A DNA stretch of 64,000 nt from Takakia lepidozioides (Eukaryota > Plantae > Bryophyta): assembly GCA_030704615.1 (NCBI GenBank), contig CM060732.1:28830001-28894000 (forward strand), read 5' to 3'. The notes below the pieces were generated by a model that was given only the letters and a program-made list of their open reading frames with translations, was not told where the DNA came from and did no database searches. Position numbers and translations under genes: made by a program. Within the stretch, counting starts at the first letter, position 1, and each line of letters begins with the position of its first letter. Shown here in pieces: positions 39,915-53,480 of the stretch.

Positions 39915-42256
39915 AACAGTCTGAATGAAGATACGTTGGGAGCATAGATGGGTTGGTGTATGTATCTGTTATCTGTAGGTTGGGTGGGAGTGACGTGTTG
40001 TTGGTGGGTGTGTGTTAGATATTCGGTGTTAGTATTTTTGTGAAAGATGGTGAGTAGGGCAAGATTGTGTTCGGGGTCGCAATCGTCATGTGGGCCAAAT
40101 AGGTCATCTTCTATCTGCCATGTGTTGTCTGATGAGGAGTACCCAGCCCATTGATAGTGATAGTATGTATCAATGCAGGTGGCCCCAAAGGCATCAATGG
40201 ACATTTGGGTTTTAACTCCTAGTATGGCTTCAATGATGTAAGCATTGTTATTGTCGTCACTATGTGGTGAGGATGGGGGGGACAGTGCGGTGGCTAGTTG
40301 GGAGGGGGTGGGGGAGCCTTGCATACTAGGTGATGGAGTGAATGGCATAAGCAGGTTGTGGTTAGGTTTGGGAGGGTATATTTTAGGATATGGGGGATCG
40401 GGTTGTGTGTCTGTAGGAGTATTGGTGGTATATGTCATTTTGGGTGTTTGATAGATGGAGGCAGTAGGGGAAGATCGGTACTGGGGGAGCAGGTCTTGAG
40501 CCGTATGTGGATAGTAGAGGCAGGGGAGATCACATTGGAGAGTGCAGGCGGTTGAGGGATGACAAAAGAGGGTGCGAAGGTGGTGTAGGCATCGATTGGT
40601 TTTGGACGTGGCTCGGGAGAACTTAAGAGTGAATTCGCTTGGTTTTAAAAGTCTATGGCCAGTGGCGGTAGTAAGTTGGATGAGGGTGGTGATGTGGCGT
40701 TCTTTGAAATAGGTGAGGATGGGGGTCTTTTGTTTGGGATAAGAGACGTCGAATTGCGATAAAAAAAGGCTTGTGAGCCATGCGCGTTCTAAAGGTGACG
40801 AGATGTTAGGATAGGCTGGTAGATCGGTTTGTATGCTAATTTTCATTTGGCGTAGGATGAGTAGCGTGCATGCAGTGGGGGAGTGTAGGCAGGCCTGTGG
40901 GTGCAAGGATGATAATGAGTAGAGGCCATTGTATTTTAATGCAAGGTGTTTGAGAAGTCCCTGATAAATGATACCTAGGCGCCCAGGATCGTTGAGTGCT
41001 TCTTTTAATTGGGTGCCTAATGTACGAGCATATGAGATGATTAATGGGCTCGAACCAATTCCGTAGTGGTCAGTAGGGAGTTGTGTGAGGGCATTAGGAG
41101 TGCTAGTCGGTAGGCCATATACACGCTTTGTTAGCTGAATAATACTTTTATCAAGTTTTTTGATGTCCGGTAGGGAGAAGGGTGCGGCGTGGAATGAGTA
41201 TTGAATTTGTGTTTGTAGTACGGATTGAATGATTGATAATTTTGGTCGAATGGCAATAGGGGATTTGAGCAGGGCAAGGCTTTTGGTAGCGAGTTTGGAT
41301 GATGTAGATTTTTTTTGGATATGCCATGTGAGGGAGGGAACGAGTTGTATACCTAGGTAAGTATATGGCTCGTCTGGTCCTAGAAAAGGAAATGTTGTGT
41401 TTTGGTAGTGTACATAGAGTTTGCAATGTGAGGCTATGGCAGTTTTGGTGAGCCGACTATGATGTGTTGCGGTTGCGATGGCGCATTTGTGCAGGCTGAG
41501 TTCCATGCCTGACCATAGATTGAATCTCAATAGTTTGTTAACTTGTCGGTTTATGTGTTGTGGTTTATGTGTCAGGATAGCTAGATCATCTGCATATGCT
41601 GCAGCGGAGATGTCACTTGATGAGGTTTTGTATTGGTATCCGAGTTTGCCGCGAGCTAGCCATCTGAGAAGGGGTTCTAGGAAGATAATGAATAGGTAGG
41701 GGCTTAAGGTGTCACCTTGCATAGTTCCACAGAGGATGGGGATAGGCGGGGTGGAACCATAGTATGCACCAAAATATTCAGTAGTACTATTTGTGTAGAT
41801 GTTTCATATTAGTTGGACGGCATCAGTGGGGGAACCAAGGTCAAGCATGATAGCAAGTAGTCTAGCATGATCTAGGGAGCCGAAGGCATTTTTAAAATCG
41901 ATATATAAAAGATAAATATCTTGTTTTGTAAGTTTAGCATCTTCGAGTGCGGATAGAACGTATTGTATTTGTCGTGTTGTGCTGCGTGTATCTCGGAATC
42001 CTTCTTGGGGATCACTAAGAATTTGGTGTTGCTCGCCATAACTTGATAGCATTGTGGTGAGCGTGCTGGTGAATAGCTTGTATATGGTGTTGACCAGTGC
42101 TATGGGCCTATAATTACTGAGATATGTATGGTCGCCTTTTTTGAAGAGTAGAATGGTTCGACTGTGCTTCCAGGAGTGTGGGATTCGTTTTAGTTTGTAA
42201 CATAATTGAAAAAATTTAAAAATGAGGGAATGTAGTTGAGGGTCTAATGCTTGAAA
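39911..42256 (-). mobile_element. Non-LTR retrotransposon (LINE) RT fragment with a downstream chromodomain-like segment
   Basis: NYRPIAL, QEGFR, IDFKNAF, QGDTLSPYLF, AYADD, YTYLG; interrupted at 42256 by MULE copy 3. Confidence 0.9.
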
Positions 42257-43108
42257 GAGGTTTACTATTTCATGAGCATAAACCATGAACCATGAGCCAT
42301 GAGCCGCATGAGCCGCATGAGCGGTGAGACGAAGTCTAAGATACGCGGATTTCATGAGCGGACTCCTCCAAATTTGGAAATGCGACAGATTAAACAAGTA
42401 TTAAAATAATAGTTTTTTTATTTGACCTTGCCGTTTTTGGACGTTCCAGATCATGTAATGCGGCGAAGATATGTCGTCAGTAACAAGTCCGCTCATGGTT
42501 TTTTAGATCCGCTCATGGAAATAAGTGACCGTGCAACGGGAAATCCAGTATACCACTGCAAAAGGACGTCGCATACTGGCTTGTATAGAGTATTCCGCGG
42601 TTTTACATGCCTTAACATTGGAATGAAGCTGACCCTTTTGCCGCGATTGAACCAATGGAGTCTGCACCAATAGAGTCTGCAGTACTTCACAATTCTGTCT
42701 TCTTCGGGTATTCGGCGGGAAAGGTTTGCAACTGAACTGGGAAATAAGGTGCCGCATTAGGGTTCGCACGTGCGAAATTTCGGAGCGGTTTGGTGTTGGC
42801 GAAGGCCGCCTCTACCAGTATCTACGACGATACTTGGAAATGCGGCGCCGCATTTCCTTGTCGGAGGTCGAATGAGGAAAGCAAGTTTTCGGAAAGCAGA
42901 AAAACATGAACCCTCCAACATACAAAAATACATGCACGTGGAAACAAGTGAACGATATAGTAATATCTTAGTTCGAGCAAAACAGGTTACTGGTAGGCAA
43001 GACATATGTCGGACCTTTCTGTGGCCAGAGTCTGAGGTACTGGCAGCAGTACAGTTCTACTATCCGAAAAAGATGGGCGTACCATTGTATTGGGACCGCA
43101 AGCCAAGC

Positions 43109-46100
43109 TCACTGGTCCCCTGGATCCATATTCAGAAGAGTGTGAACCTCCTGGGGGCTCAACCCTGGTGCATGTATGAAGTGATGAGTTGTGGAATTAC
43201 AACGGAGTCTCTTTAGGTACACGTAGTACAAATGCTTGCAAGGGCAGTATGATGCCCCCTTGTTCGCCATGATCTGGAAGTCGGTGCAATTGCAGGTGGG
43301 TAATTCTGAAATGGTGATGGTGTACACCTCATTGCGAACAGCTGAGCCTGCCGTGGCCATCTGATACACACGCCCGAATCCTGGTGGGGCACTTCTGTCG
43401 AGCTCTGGATTGTACAGTTCATCCGAAGTGCATTCCCCATCCTTGTCTCGTTCACTTTTGAGGGAGGTCGCCGCCTCTTCGGTTTCCCCCAACGGTGTGT
43501 AGGATGCTTAGAGCTGTCGTGTCCCATTGTTCTTGCTCTCACAGGGGTCGGTGGTGGAGGCTGTGGAAGCGAAAATGGTTGTCTGGGGACGTCAGTGCGC
43601 TGCACCATCCGAAATCCTGCGGCGGTAAGGGCGTCAGCCTCAACCTGACTCAGATCGCAGCCTGGTTCCACCGGCCACACCGGGGGAGCCTCTGGCATTG
43701 TTTGTATGCCGTACTTGGGCTTTCCATACACGCAAGTAATAATGTCGTGCCTGCAGAACCAGAACTGGGCGGTTGTCGCCTCCGCAAACTTTGCATGGAC
43801 AAATCTTCCTGTAAAAGTAGGAGCAGGGACAGCCCCATCTGGATTCCTCCTTATCATCTCTAAACAACGTTGCCGTGTATCCACACGAATTGCGGAACAC
43901 CTTCCTTGAAACGACGGCTTTGTGCAAGCAATTCTCCACTGTGATGCAGACACAGTCGTCCCCACAATGGCTTGGCCATACTGCATAACAGCGGGCGGAA
44001 TCTGGGGCAAGCGAGCGGTGGGAATTTCTCGCACGAAATCCCCGGTTGAAGGCGACGGCGATCTGGAATTTCTTGGGCTTCCACTGCTGGAAGACACATT
44101 GTGCGGCAACATGACGGGACCTCGAGGAGTGGACCGATTCTGCCATATTCATGTTTGGCATGTCCGTGTCAGAATCCAAGCACCGCTCCTAAAAGGACAC
44201 AAACAATGGTGAGGGACCAATCGAAATGTCCGTAACAGAAAGACAAATGAACGAAAATGACAGCAGCCTACCTCCCGCATGTACTGTCCGAACTGTCGAT
44301 ACCGAAAATGCCACCACCCCAACCAGCTGTGCAATGCTCCCAGATTGGTTGTCTCCACTGCACCTGACGTGTTCCACCAAGCCTCGATGATAGCAAACTT
44401 AACCTCCGCGTCATCAAATGTGGGTGCATCCTTCCACGCCGTACAAAGGACACGGTGTTCAGCCTGGAATGAGCTAGCAACAAATTTGGTAGTGTAGTGG
44501 GATAGACTCTGCATCCAACGGAATCCACAGGATCTCTCTTTCCCCTCCATTGGAACATTGGGGTCCTCACCGTACACACGCCGCACCGCTGCCCAGTTGG
44601 CCTGAGCGTTGTCTGCCATGAATCCCCTGAAATTGGGCTCTGGCAATCCCGCCCTTGCCATCTGCTCATTTATGCCCTCCCGCAGATGCATCTCGGACTG
44701 TGTGTCCTCCCTTTCATCTCGTAGATTGCAATCGTCATGAGCCTCTTGGAGTGATAGTCATAAACATGCGCACCCATAGTCACCCACTGATGGTTTGTAA
44801 TTCTCTTGATGTGATCAAACATCACCCAAGCATTCGACAAGTTTCCAGTTGTCATGCGAGTGACCAAGTCGACTCCACTCCCAGGCCCACACGTCGACAT
44901 TTTGAAAATGTAACAACGATCGGATTCGCTGCCTTGCCCTGGAAACCTGCTACCTTGGATGTAGTCATATCCAGTCATTCGTTTCACCTCCAGGATTGAG
45001 TACATGTCCGACCCCCTGCCGAACTCCTGCTTGCAAGATACGATGTGATTCCGCACATTCGGACTACAAACGTGCGAGACGGACTCCAAGAGGTCACGCA
45101 TCTCGTCTTCGGTCAAGGGCTCTCGGTCGAACCATCTTCAGACATGATTTTGCCAAGAGCAATCTTGTGGGCTGCCTTCAGCTGAATCTGCTTTGGTCTG
45201 GCTCCGGGGCTCAATTTCACCTCCTCTTTTATGATGTCGTGTGCTTCCTGCACAGCCTCTCGCCAAGGGTGGTCAGTGGACCCCCAACGTGTATGCAAGC
45301 TCTAGTCAGTCCGGGAGCAATGGATTACGTAATATTGCTTGGCTCTGCACATGGACATGCACGTCGGTGGTTCTTTGCAATGTGCACACTTGAAAGAACC
45401 CGCAGGAGCTTGGCTGGAGACAATGAATGGATGATGCGTTGTGCCAGTCCAATCCGTCTCGTTTCTCCGCCCTCCTTTGGAAAGAAAGTGGAAGCAGGTG
45501 GGATTGAGGCACCTCAGCTTCCCCCCACAGAGGACATATCGTACACGAACACCATCAGCAATTTTCGTGCTACTGGTCTTCGTCACACACCAGGGGTGTC
45601 CGTCATGCTTTTGATCCATGTCTGTTAACATCCCGGAGGCTTTGTTTGACGAAGAAACAGGTGAAACTCGAAGATGACATTGCCATCGACTTCGGGAGGT
45701 AGAAACGTTACCTTTCTAACTGGGAATTTGGCATAGTCAAGAGCAGCCAGCTCGGAGCGAGAACCATCGAGGTGATGTTGTCGTAGGAGCTGCACAATGG
45801 ACCGGGTTGGAGTTATCTCTCGAGGGCACATGCGTAGCACCTACAGAGACGTCCATGCCGGATTTGAACGACCGCGTGTGGAGGACATGGGTACCTCAAT
45901 GCAATCATCTTCCTCGTCGGAAATGTTTAATACGTCCAGACGAGAAGCTATGGAGGGTCTTGACGGTCCAGGTCGGAATGATTATCGTTGCATACCCTCT
46001 CTGTTGGCAGTGGCCGCCTGTCGGTTTCCGGACTCCTTTGTGGATGGTGTGGGCAGCGACTGATTCGGAAGGGGAATGGGCATTCCAATCTCGTACAGGA

Positions 46101-46347
46101 TGGTGTCTGATGGGGGTACGTGCCATTCGATTCCGCAACCTCCGTCGTTACCTAGCACGACAATGGTCTCGTCAACCTGTCCAGGAACATCCTTCCTTTC
46201 TTCTTCCAAATAAATTGTGCCCGGTTTGAGCTTGAATTTGGAACAAAGGTAAGTTTCAATCACTCTGCAAAGTCCTCCCTCGTTTGGGATCCAGGCTCTC
46301 CCAAGTTGCGGAGGACAGCAAACTATAGCGTAGGAATTCGGAGCCAT
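43109..46347 (-). pseudogene. MULE transposase copy 3, frameshifted, with ~350-bp deletion near 44125
   Basis: Same motifs as copy 2; deletion junction at a CCTC microhomology. Confidence 0.85.
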
Positions 46348-46764
46348 CGAACACCGCACGAAGTTGGCAGTGCGAGGTTCAGTATAGCGACAGACCAAGG
46401 CTCACAGGCACCATGCGGAGTCCATCGACGATTGGAAGTCGCACATTGAAGTGGAAAGTATTGTTTCAAGCTACATGCATGAAGGTGGGAGGTGTGAATC
46501 CATAGCCAGTAAGTATGACAATGATGGCCGATTCGGCGACGAAATAACATCTCCTGACAGTTTCTCTTGAGGTGGATCCAGCAGTATTCTCGATGCAGAC
46601 AGGAACGTTCGCACTGACAAGTGCCAGTACTGTTAGTTAAAAAAAACGGTCAGACAACCAAGTTGTGCTCATCAAGACTGGCCGCAATTGTGTTGTTTCG
46701 GAACAATGCAACCCATTCAGGTTCCAGATTTCCAGTCCCGAGTGATTCTTTCGATTGCTGGTGG

Positions 46765-48320
46765 ACGGAAATACGGCGCCGCATTTCCGTATTGCATCTT
46801 GGTCATGCACCAGAGCGACGGAAATGCGGCACCGAGTTTCCGTCCGGGGGAAACCTTATACTCTCCAAAAGAAATGCGGTAACGCATTTCCATCCAGCAA
46901 GCACGGTATGTGAAGGTCGAACGGAAATGCGGTACCGCATTTCCGTTTTGATTGAGAATTATGAACAACGGGAACAGAAATGCGGCACCGCATTTCCGTC
47001 CGAGTCGCACTTTCCGACATTCCAGAACGGAAATGCGGCGCCGCATTTCCATTTTGTATCTGATGCATGGAGCCGAGTGCAATTCCGACCGCTTGAGACA
47101 TTCATACTATCCAGAACGGAAATGCGGTAGCGCATTTCCGTTCTGACTGAAAATCGTGAACCATCGGAACTGAAATGCGGCAGCGCATTTCCATCCGAGT
47201 CGCACCTGCCAACATTCCAGAACGCAAATGCGGCACCGCATTTCCATTCTGATGAAAAATCGTGAAACACTGGAACTGAATGTCGTACCGCATTTCCGTC
47301 GGAGTCGCACCTTCCGACATTCCAAAACGGAAATGCGGCGCCGCATTTCCGTTTTGTATGTGAGGCATGGAGCTGTGGAAGAACGAAAATGCGGCACCGC
47401 ATTTCCGCCAAGTCAGACCTTAATACTCTACTACAGAACGGAAATGCGCTACCCGCATTTCCGTTCTGACTGAAAATCGTGAACACGGGAACAGAAATGC
47501 GGCACCGCATTTCCGTCCGAGTCGCACCTTCCGACATTCTAGAACGGAAATGCGGCGCCGCATTTCCGTTTTGTTATATGAGGCCTGGAGCTGTGGGACT
47601 GAAATGTGGTGCCCGCATTTCCATCCATGTGAGACCTTCAAACTTTCCAGACCGGAAATGCGGCACCCGCATTTCTGTTCAGGTGAGACCTCTATACTTT
47701 CCCGAACGGAAATGTGGCACGGCATTTCCGTTCATCACTAAGGTATGTGAAGGGGGAACGGAAATGCGGTACCGCATTTCGATTCAGATTGAAAATCATG
47801 AACCACGGGGAACTGAAATGTTGTGCCGCATTTTCCGTCCGAATCGCACCTTTTCGACATTCCAGAACGGAAATGCGGCGCCGCATTTCCTTTTTGGTAT
47901 CTCCCATATGGAGCCTGTGGGACGGAAATGCGGCACCCTATTTCCGTTCAACAACTAGGTATGTGAAGGGGAACGGAAATGCGGTAACCGCATTTCCGTT
48001 CACATTGAAATCAGAACCCCGGGAATTGAAATGTTGTGCCGCATTTCCGTCCGAATCGCACCTTTCGACATTCCAGAACGGAAATGCGGCGCGCCATTTC
48101 CCTTTTGTATCTCATACATGGAGCTGTGGGACGGAAATGCGGAAAACCGTATTCCGTTTCAACAACTAAGGTGTGTGAAGGTGGAACGGAAATGCGTGCC
48201 GCATTTTCTTCCACAAGTACGGATGTGTAGCTTCGTGATGGTACTTAACGGAAATGCGGCGCCGCATTCGTCATTTTCACTCCAACTCATGAATCAGACG
48301 CTGGGACGGAAATGCCTTGA
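46765..48320. repeat. Palindrome array (MULE copy 3)
   Basis: Same 22-bp palindrome at about 53-bp spacing. Confidence 0.95.
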
Positions 48321-48547
48321 AATGTGAACACGTGGAGCAACGGAATTGCGGCACATGTCTGCACTCTATCTAACTGAAGTGGCATGAGGCGGCGCGGCCT
48401 GACCGTTGGATATGATGTTTGTTTTTTGGACGGAAGGCGTACCCTCCAACGATTCGAATTTCGTAATGACGCGAAGTCCACGAGGAGACACTTTTCGTCC
48501 AAAACCCTTTCGAACCCAAGTGGTGCATCACCGTCGTTCAATCTCCT

Positions 48548-49047
48548 NNNNNNNNNNNNNNNNNNNNNNNNNNNNNNNNNNNNNNNNNNNNNNNNNNNNN
48601 NNNNNNNNNNNNNNNNNNNNNNNNNNNNNNNNNNNNNNNNNNNNNNNNNNNNNNNNNNNNNNNNNNNNNNNNNNNNNNNNNNNNNNNNNNNNNNNNNNNN
48701 NNNNNNNNNNNNNNNNNNNNNNNNNNNNNNNNNNNNNNNNNNNNNNNNNNNNNNNNNNNNNNNNNNNNNNNNNNNNNNNNNNNNNNNNNNNNNNNNNNNN
48801 NNNNNNNNNNNNNNNNNNNNNNNNNNNNNNNNNNNNNNNNNNNNNNNNNNNNNNNNNNNNNNNNNNNNNNNNNNNNNNNNNNNNNNNNNNNNNNNNNNNN
48901 NNNNNNNNNNNNNNNNNNNNNNNNNNNNNNNNNNNNNNNNNNNNNNNNNNNNNNNNNNNNNNNNNNNNNNNNNNNNNNNNNNNNNNNNNNNNNNNNNNNN
49001 NNNNNNNNNNNNNNNNNNNNNNNNNNNNNNNNNNNNNNNNNNNNNNN
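48548..49047. other. Assembly gap (500 N)
   Basis: N run. Confidence 1.
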
Positions 49048-51199
49048 CTTGGGAATTATCCCATATCGTTTGCACATAGTGAGGGTGCTTTTCTAGTATA
49101 TAAGGATAGGCTTGGCTCTTAGGACTTCATCTCTTGGTGTTCCTGATGAGCTTGAGCAATCAAGCGAAACTTGTTTGGAATAAAACACCTTAACTCTTTT
49201 TGTGTCTCCACATTTAGAGAAGAATTCGAGAGTCCAATTCCTTGCCCAGCCCGGCAACTTGTGCATCGAAGGGGTGGAGGGGCTCGCTCCGAGGGGAATC
49301 CCCACCTTGGATACTTCCGAGGCCTTTTTTCTTTCCAAAGCACGGGCGTATAGAGCCTTCCGTTTGACGCCATCTTAGCCACCGCTTACAATGGGGAAGG
49401 CGGCTGGGGGTATATGGTAATCGTGTCGGGCAGCTAATTTAGCCCCGACATACACGGTTCCCCTGTCGTACGCCCGATGGTCGTAGAGAAGGGATTTGGT
49501 TGATCCTCCCTCGAGTTCATCTCAGCGATCAGAGGACTATGGGCATGCGCAAGCCTCATCCGACCTAACCTTCTCGTCGATGACCTCATGCGGTAATCCC
49601 TCCCATTCTTCCTTAGAGGTACGACCTCTGTTTGAAGGTGGGCCATATAAGTTTCCCAACTAGGGGTTGAGACTGACCCTATGTTTTTGGAGTGCCTTGA
49701 GCGCATGCTTGCCCATAGTGAGCAAGATTTTTTGTCGCTAAACAAGGAGAAGCAAACATAAAAAGCTTACGGTTGGAGCGAACGTGCCTCATTCTTCAAT
49801 TAGAGAACCTTATCTCGTGAGGGCGGGAGTCCTGCATAAGACATAATAGTCTTATAGCATCCCTTTAGGCACGATAGCGCACTTTGTATGCAGATTGTCT
49901 TGGTTTCCATTGCATTTTATTTTGGGTCCTAAACCGGCCCCCCTTAAAATACTTACTGTGTCTTTTTCCAGTATTTTTTCTATTTTTGTTATCTTTGCAA
50001 GCCTTGTTGACCACCCTAAACCCTAAACTCTTTTTCCATGGGAACTAGCAGGTAACAAACGTCCATGTCCTAGCTTAGGCGGCGGCCTTCTCATGCATTC
50101 CGCGTCTTCTTCTTCTAGCATGGTATCTCCATTCCTCCCCCTTTGCTTACATTTGTGCAACATCGGTCAAGGAATTCAAAAGTCTTAGGCATGAGCATGA
50201 AAAGACTTCCAAGTACCTCCAAAAATTGCGAGTGCAATTCGAAGAAGGCACCATACCCAACTCCTTAGAATGAGTCCTCCTAAACTTCAAATAGGAGTAT
50301 CCCGAGGCCCATCCGTCCTTGATGCGGAGCCTGGCCGAATGCACAACCGCATATCGGATCAAGTGCTTTGAAGCACTCATCCAAGCCCAAGAATCGCGAC
50401 TTGCTAGCTGACCCACAAGCTCGAGCAATCGAAACCGGTCTGTGAGACTCGCCTCTCGGATTTTGATTTCGCCTTTACGATCCTTAAATTTGATAGGTGA
50501 CAAGTCTAAGTCTTCCATCGAGTCGTGGCATCTTCATCTTAGCAATCTCTTCGTTACTCATGTAGATGCATTTCTCATTCACAAACAACTTTCCGACGTC
50601 AGCAAGGCCGCGGCTATCGCAGCTCGCAACGTTGCTCGGGAGGTGCTATGGAAGAAGCGGAGACCCTCCCTGTGGAACCGTCCATTGCTACCCTCGTGAA
50701 ACGCGAGGTGTCAAGGAAGTCTCAAGGAGGTGAAGAAGGTGGTGTAACAAAAAAATTTTTGTTTCCATCCAGGTGAAACCTAAGCCCAGAAGTCTTGGGA
50801 CCAAACCGGCTAGTAAGCCTAATGTCGAACCTGGCGGAAAGTCCGAGAAACGTCAAGCAGCATAAAGGTAATCCCGGTCTCCACCCGTGTGCTGCGTCAC
50901 CTACCTCTTTCAACAAGAGGTCAGGCCCGAACCGCACAACCGGTTCTGGTACGGGAGGCCGAAAACTTCAGCGAGGGTCACGGAAAACCGGCCACGGCAA
51001 AGGGTGCGAACGACGACGACGACGAGACGAAGCGGCCATACGTACCTCCTCATAGACGCGGGGGGCGCACGAGGAGTCTCTTCTGGTACCCCCCGCTCGT
51101 AGACCCGAAGGCTTACGCTTTGTTGCTCTTTGCTAGGAAGACTCCCTCCCAAGTGGAATGCAGGCGTCACCAACACTGCTATCCACAACTATAGCAGAG

Positions 51200-51943
51200 G
51201 GTTCTCTCCTTTGCGGAGCGACAACTCCCTGGGCCTGGTCTCAATTACATTCCTCTCCTCTTCTTCCCTTCCTTCCCCCTCCCCCCCGAATCTTCATCAT
51301 CACACCGAATTCAACAATTTTGCTCGAAGCTTGAGGTTGCGAACGTTCTTCTCCGGCAAAGAGACAACGACGAGGTCCCTCTTTCGCGTTCCGAATCCAT
51401 CATTCAATCCGCCAGTGGAATCTCAACCGCTCGAGGCCATCATTCGAGAAGGTAATGATCTTTTGTCTAGCGTTTGGATCGAATCGCCCGCAATGCACGA
51501 CCTTGTCTGCCGAGACACTTGAGACTTGCTCTCAAAAGATTGAGGTCGGATCCGGACCTTGTCATCAAGCCGCCGAAAAAATCTTGGTCTTGTGCTTATG
51601 GACAAACTTGGTACTGCAAGAGGCGATGCGGCAACTCTCAACACCGAAGTTTTATCGTCCCGTGGATCCGTACCGTGGGAGAACTTTGGTCAGGTTGGAG
51701 GTCTAGCTTGCCATCCACTCTACAGGTTTGCGATCTCCACCAAAGAATGAATTACATTCCGCCAACGCCCTCGTCGTCCATGACTTTCGAGCTTGTGCTT
51801 TGTACTTCATTCCGTAAGTGCCAAACCCGTGCTTGTTGGAAGACCCATTTGTTCTACAACAATACATCTTCGAGCATGCTTCCTTGCTCCAGTCACCAAC
51901 TCCTTCCGGTACTTCTCAAGGAACCCACTCATTTGGTTGATTC
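51200..51943 (+). mobile_element. Degenerate Penelope-like element RT, 5' part; resumes at 63879
   Basis: GLGLNYIP-like, FNNFARSLRLRTFF, DPDLVIKP..KNLGLVLMD, GRPI-like. Removing the Gypsy insertion gives EPTHLVD|SLTLLR...FTFDVESLYPSI. Confidence 0.75.
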
Positions 51944-53289
51944 TGTCAAGTTAAATAAGCACAGTGTGAAAACAGCTAGAATAAAACTAGTTATTTGTCT
52001 TTAACACTTGGATTTAGGTCAAGTGTTAAATCAGGTGTCAAGTTTAGTTTGACACCTGGTCTGTCTTATCTTCACGAGAGCGGCAGTCGCGCAGCTCATC
52101 TCTCTCGAGTTGAGCCTGCGCGACCGAGCTCCTACATCGTTTAGGACTGAGTGTGCTTATGATGGGAGTGTAGGTTGTTGTGGGGTGGAGTCCCCATAGC
52201 TTGGGGTGCCCCTGGCTCGACTTCATTTCTAAGAGTGATGGTTTGGTTTCATGCTTTGCATCGTGTGTGTCCTTAGCTTTCTTATCACTCGAGAGAGATG
52301 AGCTGTCTAGTTTTCTAGTGCTAAGCTAGATATGATGTTTTCTGTTTTTAAGCACTATTATAATATAGCTTGGTCACAGGGAGCCTGCAGTCAGACGGCT
52401 ATGTGTGCCGAGTGGAGCAGTACAAGAAGGCGGAAACCATTTGAAGTGTTGCTGCAACAGTTCAAAGCCAACATAATCAGCCTGGGAGACAAGGAGGCCT
52501 GCCGTGCTCAGTTATGAGGGCACTCGTGCTGCAAAGCGCAAGAAAGACCACTGGTCGGAATCCCCCGTTTGGGCTGGCTGGGCTTGATTTATATTGGCGA
52601 CTTGGAGCGCTCCAGAGTTTTGTGTGGCAGTGGGGTTGAGCCGTTCAGGCTATTCGTGTGTGGCTTGAACCTCACCAGCCTGCCTAGCACCTGTTGAGGG
52701 GGCTTGTTACAACCACTGCCTATATATATACTGGGATTCTTGCAGGGCCTGGCTGTACACGTTCATGATTTCAAACTCGTCCCGTGGTGGTGTAAGTGGA
52801 TCTCTCTCAGCCTTTGCGAGGTAGACTGCGCTGCATGGTTGGTCGCTGATACAAATTTGGCTTCACAACTGCTGCTTCTGTTGGATTGAGGCTCCTGGAC
52901 TCTAACCAGAGGAGCCTCAACGGGAAACGGATCAGAAAGTGCAAGGTAGTAGAGTCGTCGTTTTAACTTCCTGGGGTTGTGCATGTCCCTTGTGGAGACG
53001 CTGGCAGAATTGAAACTTACACACAAGCTAGGTTCAAGCGGGTACGTGCCTGTGAGCAGTGCTGCGGCCCTTATGCCGAGTTATTCACGCTGGTGGTGTT
53101 CCTACTAGTAGGGAGTTATTCTAGCTAACTTCGAGCTATACTGCCTCAGTCCCGTCATGCTCATTAAATGTCTATCATGTGCACCGTGGCCCTTACGTTG
53201 TCACAGGAAGACAAATCTAGCTGTGAACCCTGGACCTCACAAAGTTCTCACACCCTACCAGGAGTGGAACAAGAAAGTGCTCGAGAGAT

Positions 53290-53480
53290 CCCCATTGAGA
53301 AATTGAAGGTTATCGGTTCCCTAGACAACTGGCGCAAGAGATTTGCTACCCCTTTTGAACCCGTAGACAAGAGCTGGCAACCCCAGGACTTCCTTCCTGA
53401 AGCTTCATCATCGGAAAGTTTCTTTGATGAGGTAACGGAGCTCCCGAGCCCGGGCCAGGGAACTGCCTGATGACTTTGTG
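53290..53480 (+). pseudogene. Captured stearoyl/acyl-ACP desaturase fragment
   Basis: EKLKVIGSLDNW..PVDKSWQPQDFLPE..FFDEVTEL(RARARELPDD) matches the N-terminal part of plant acyl-ACP desaturases. Confidence 0.8.

Larger units (their letters stand above)
42257..48547 (-). mobile_element. MULE copy 3, inverted, running into the gap
   Basis: Starts with TIR GAGGTTTACTATTTCATGAGC and is the reverse complement of copy 1 throughout. Confidence 0.9.

Noticed and set aside
48287-49122. Long ORFs crossing the N run
   Set aside because: Artefacts of translating N.
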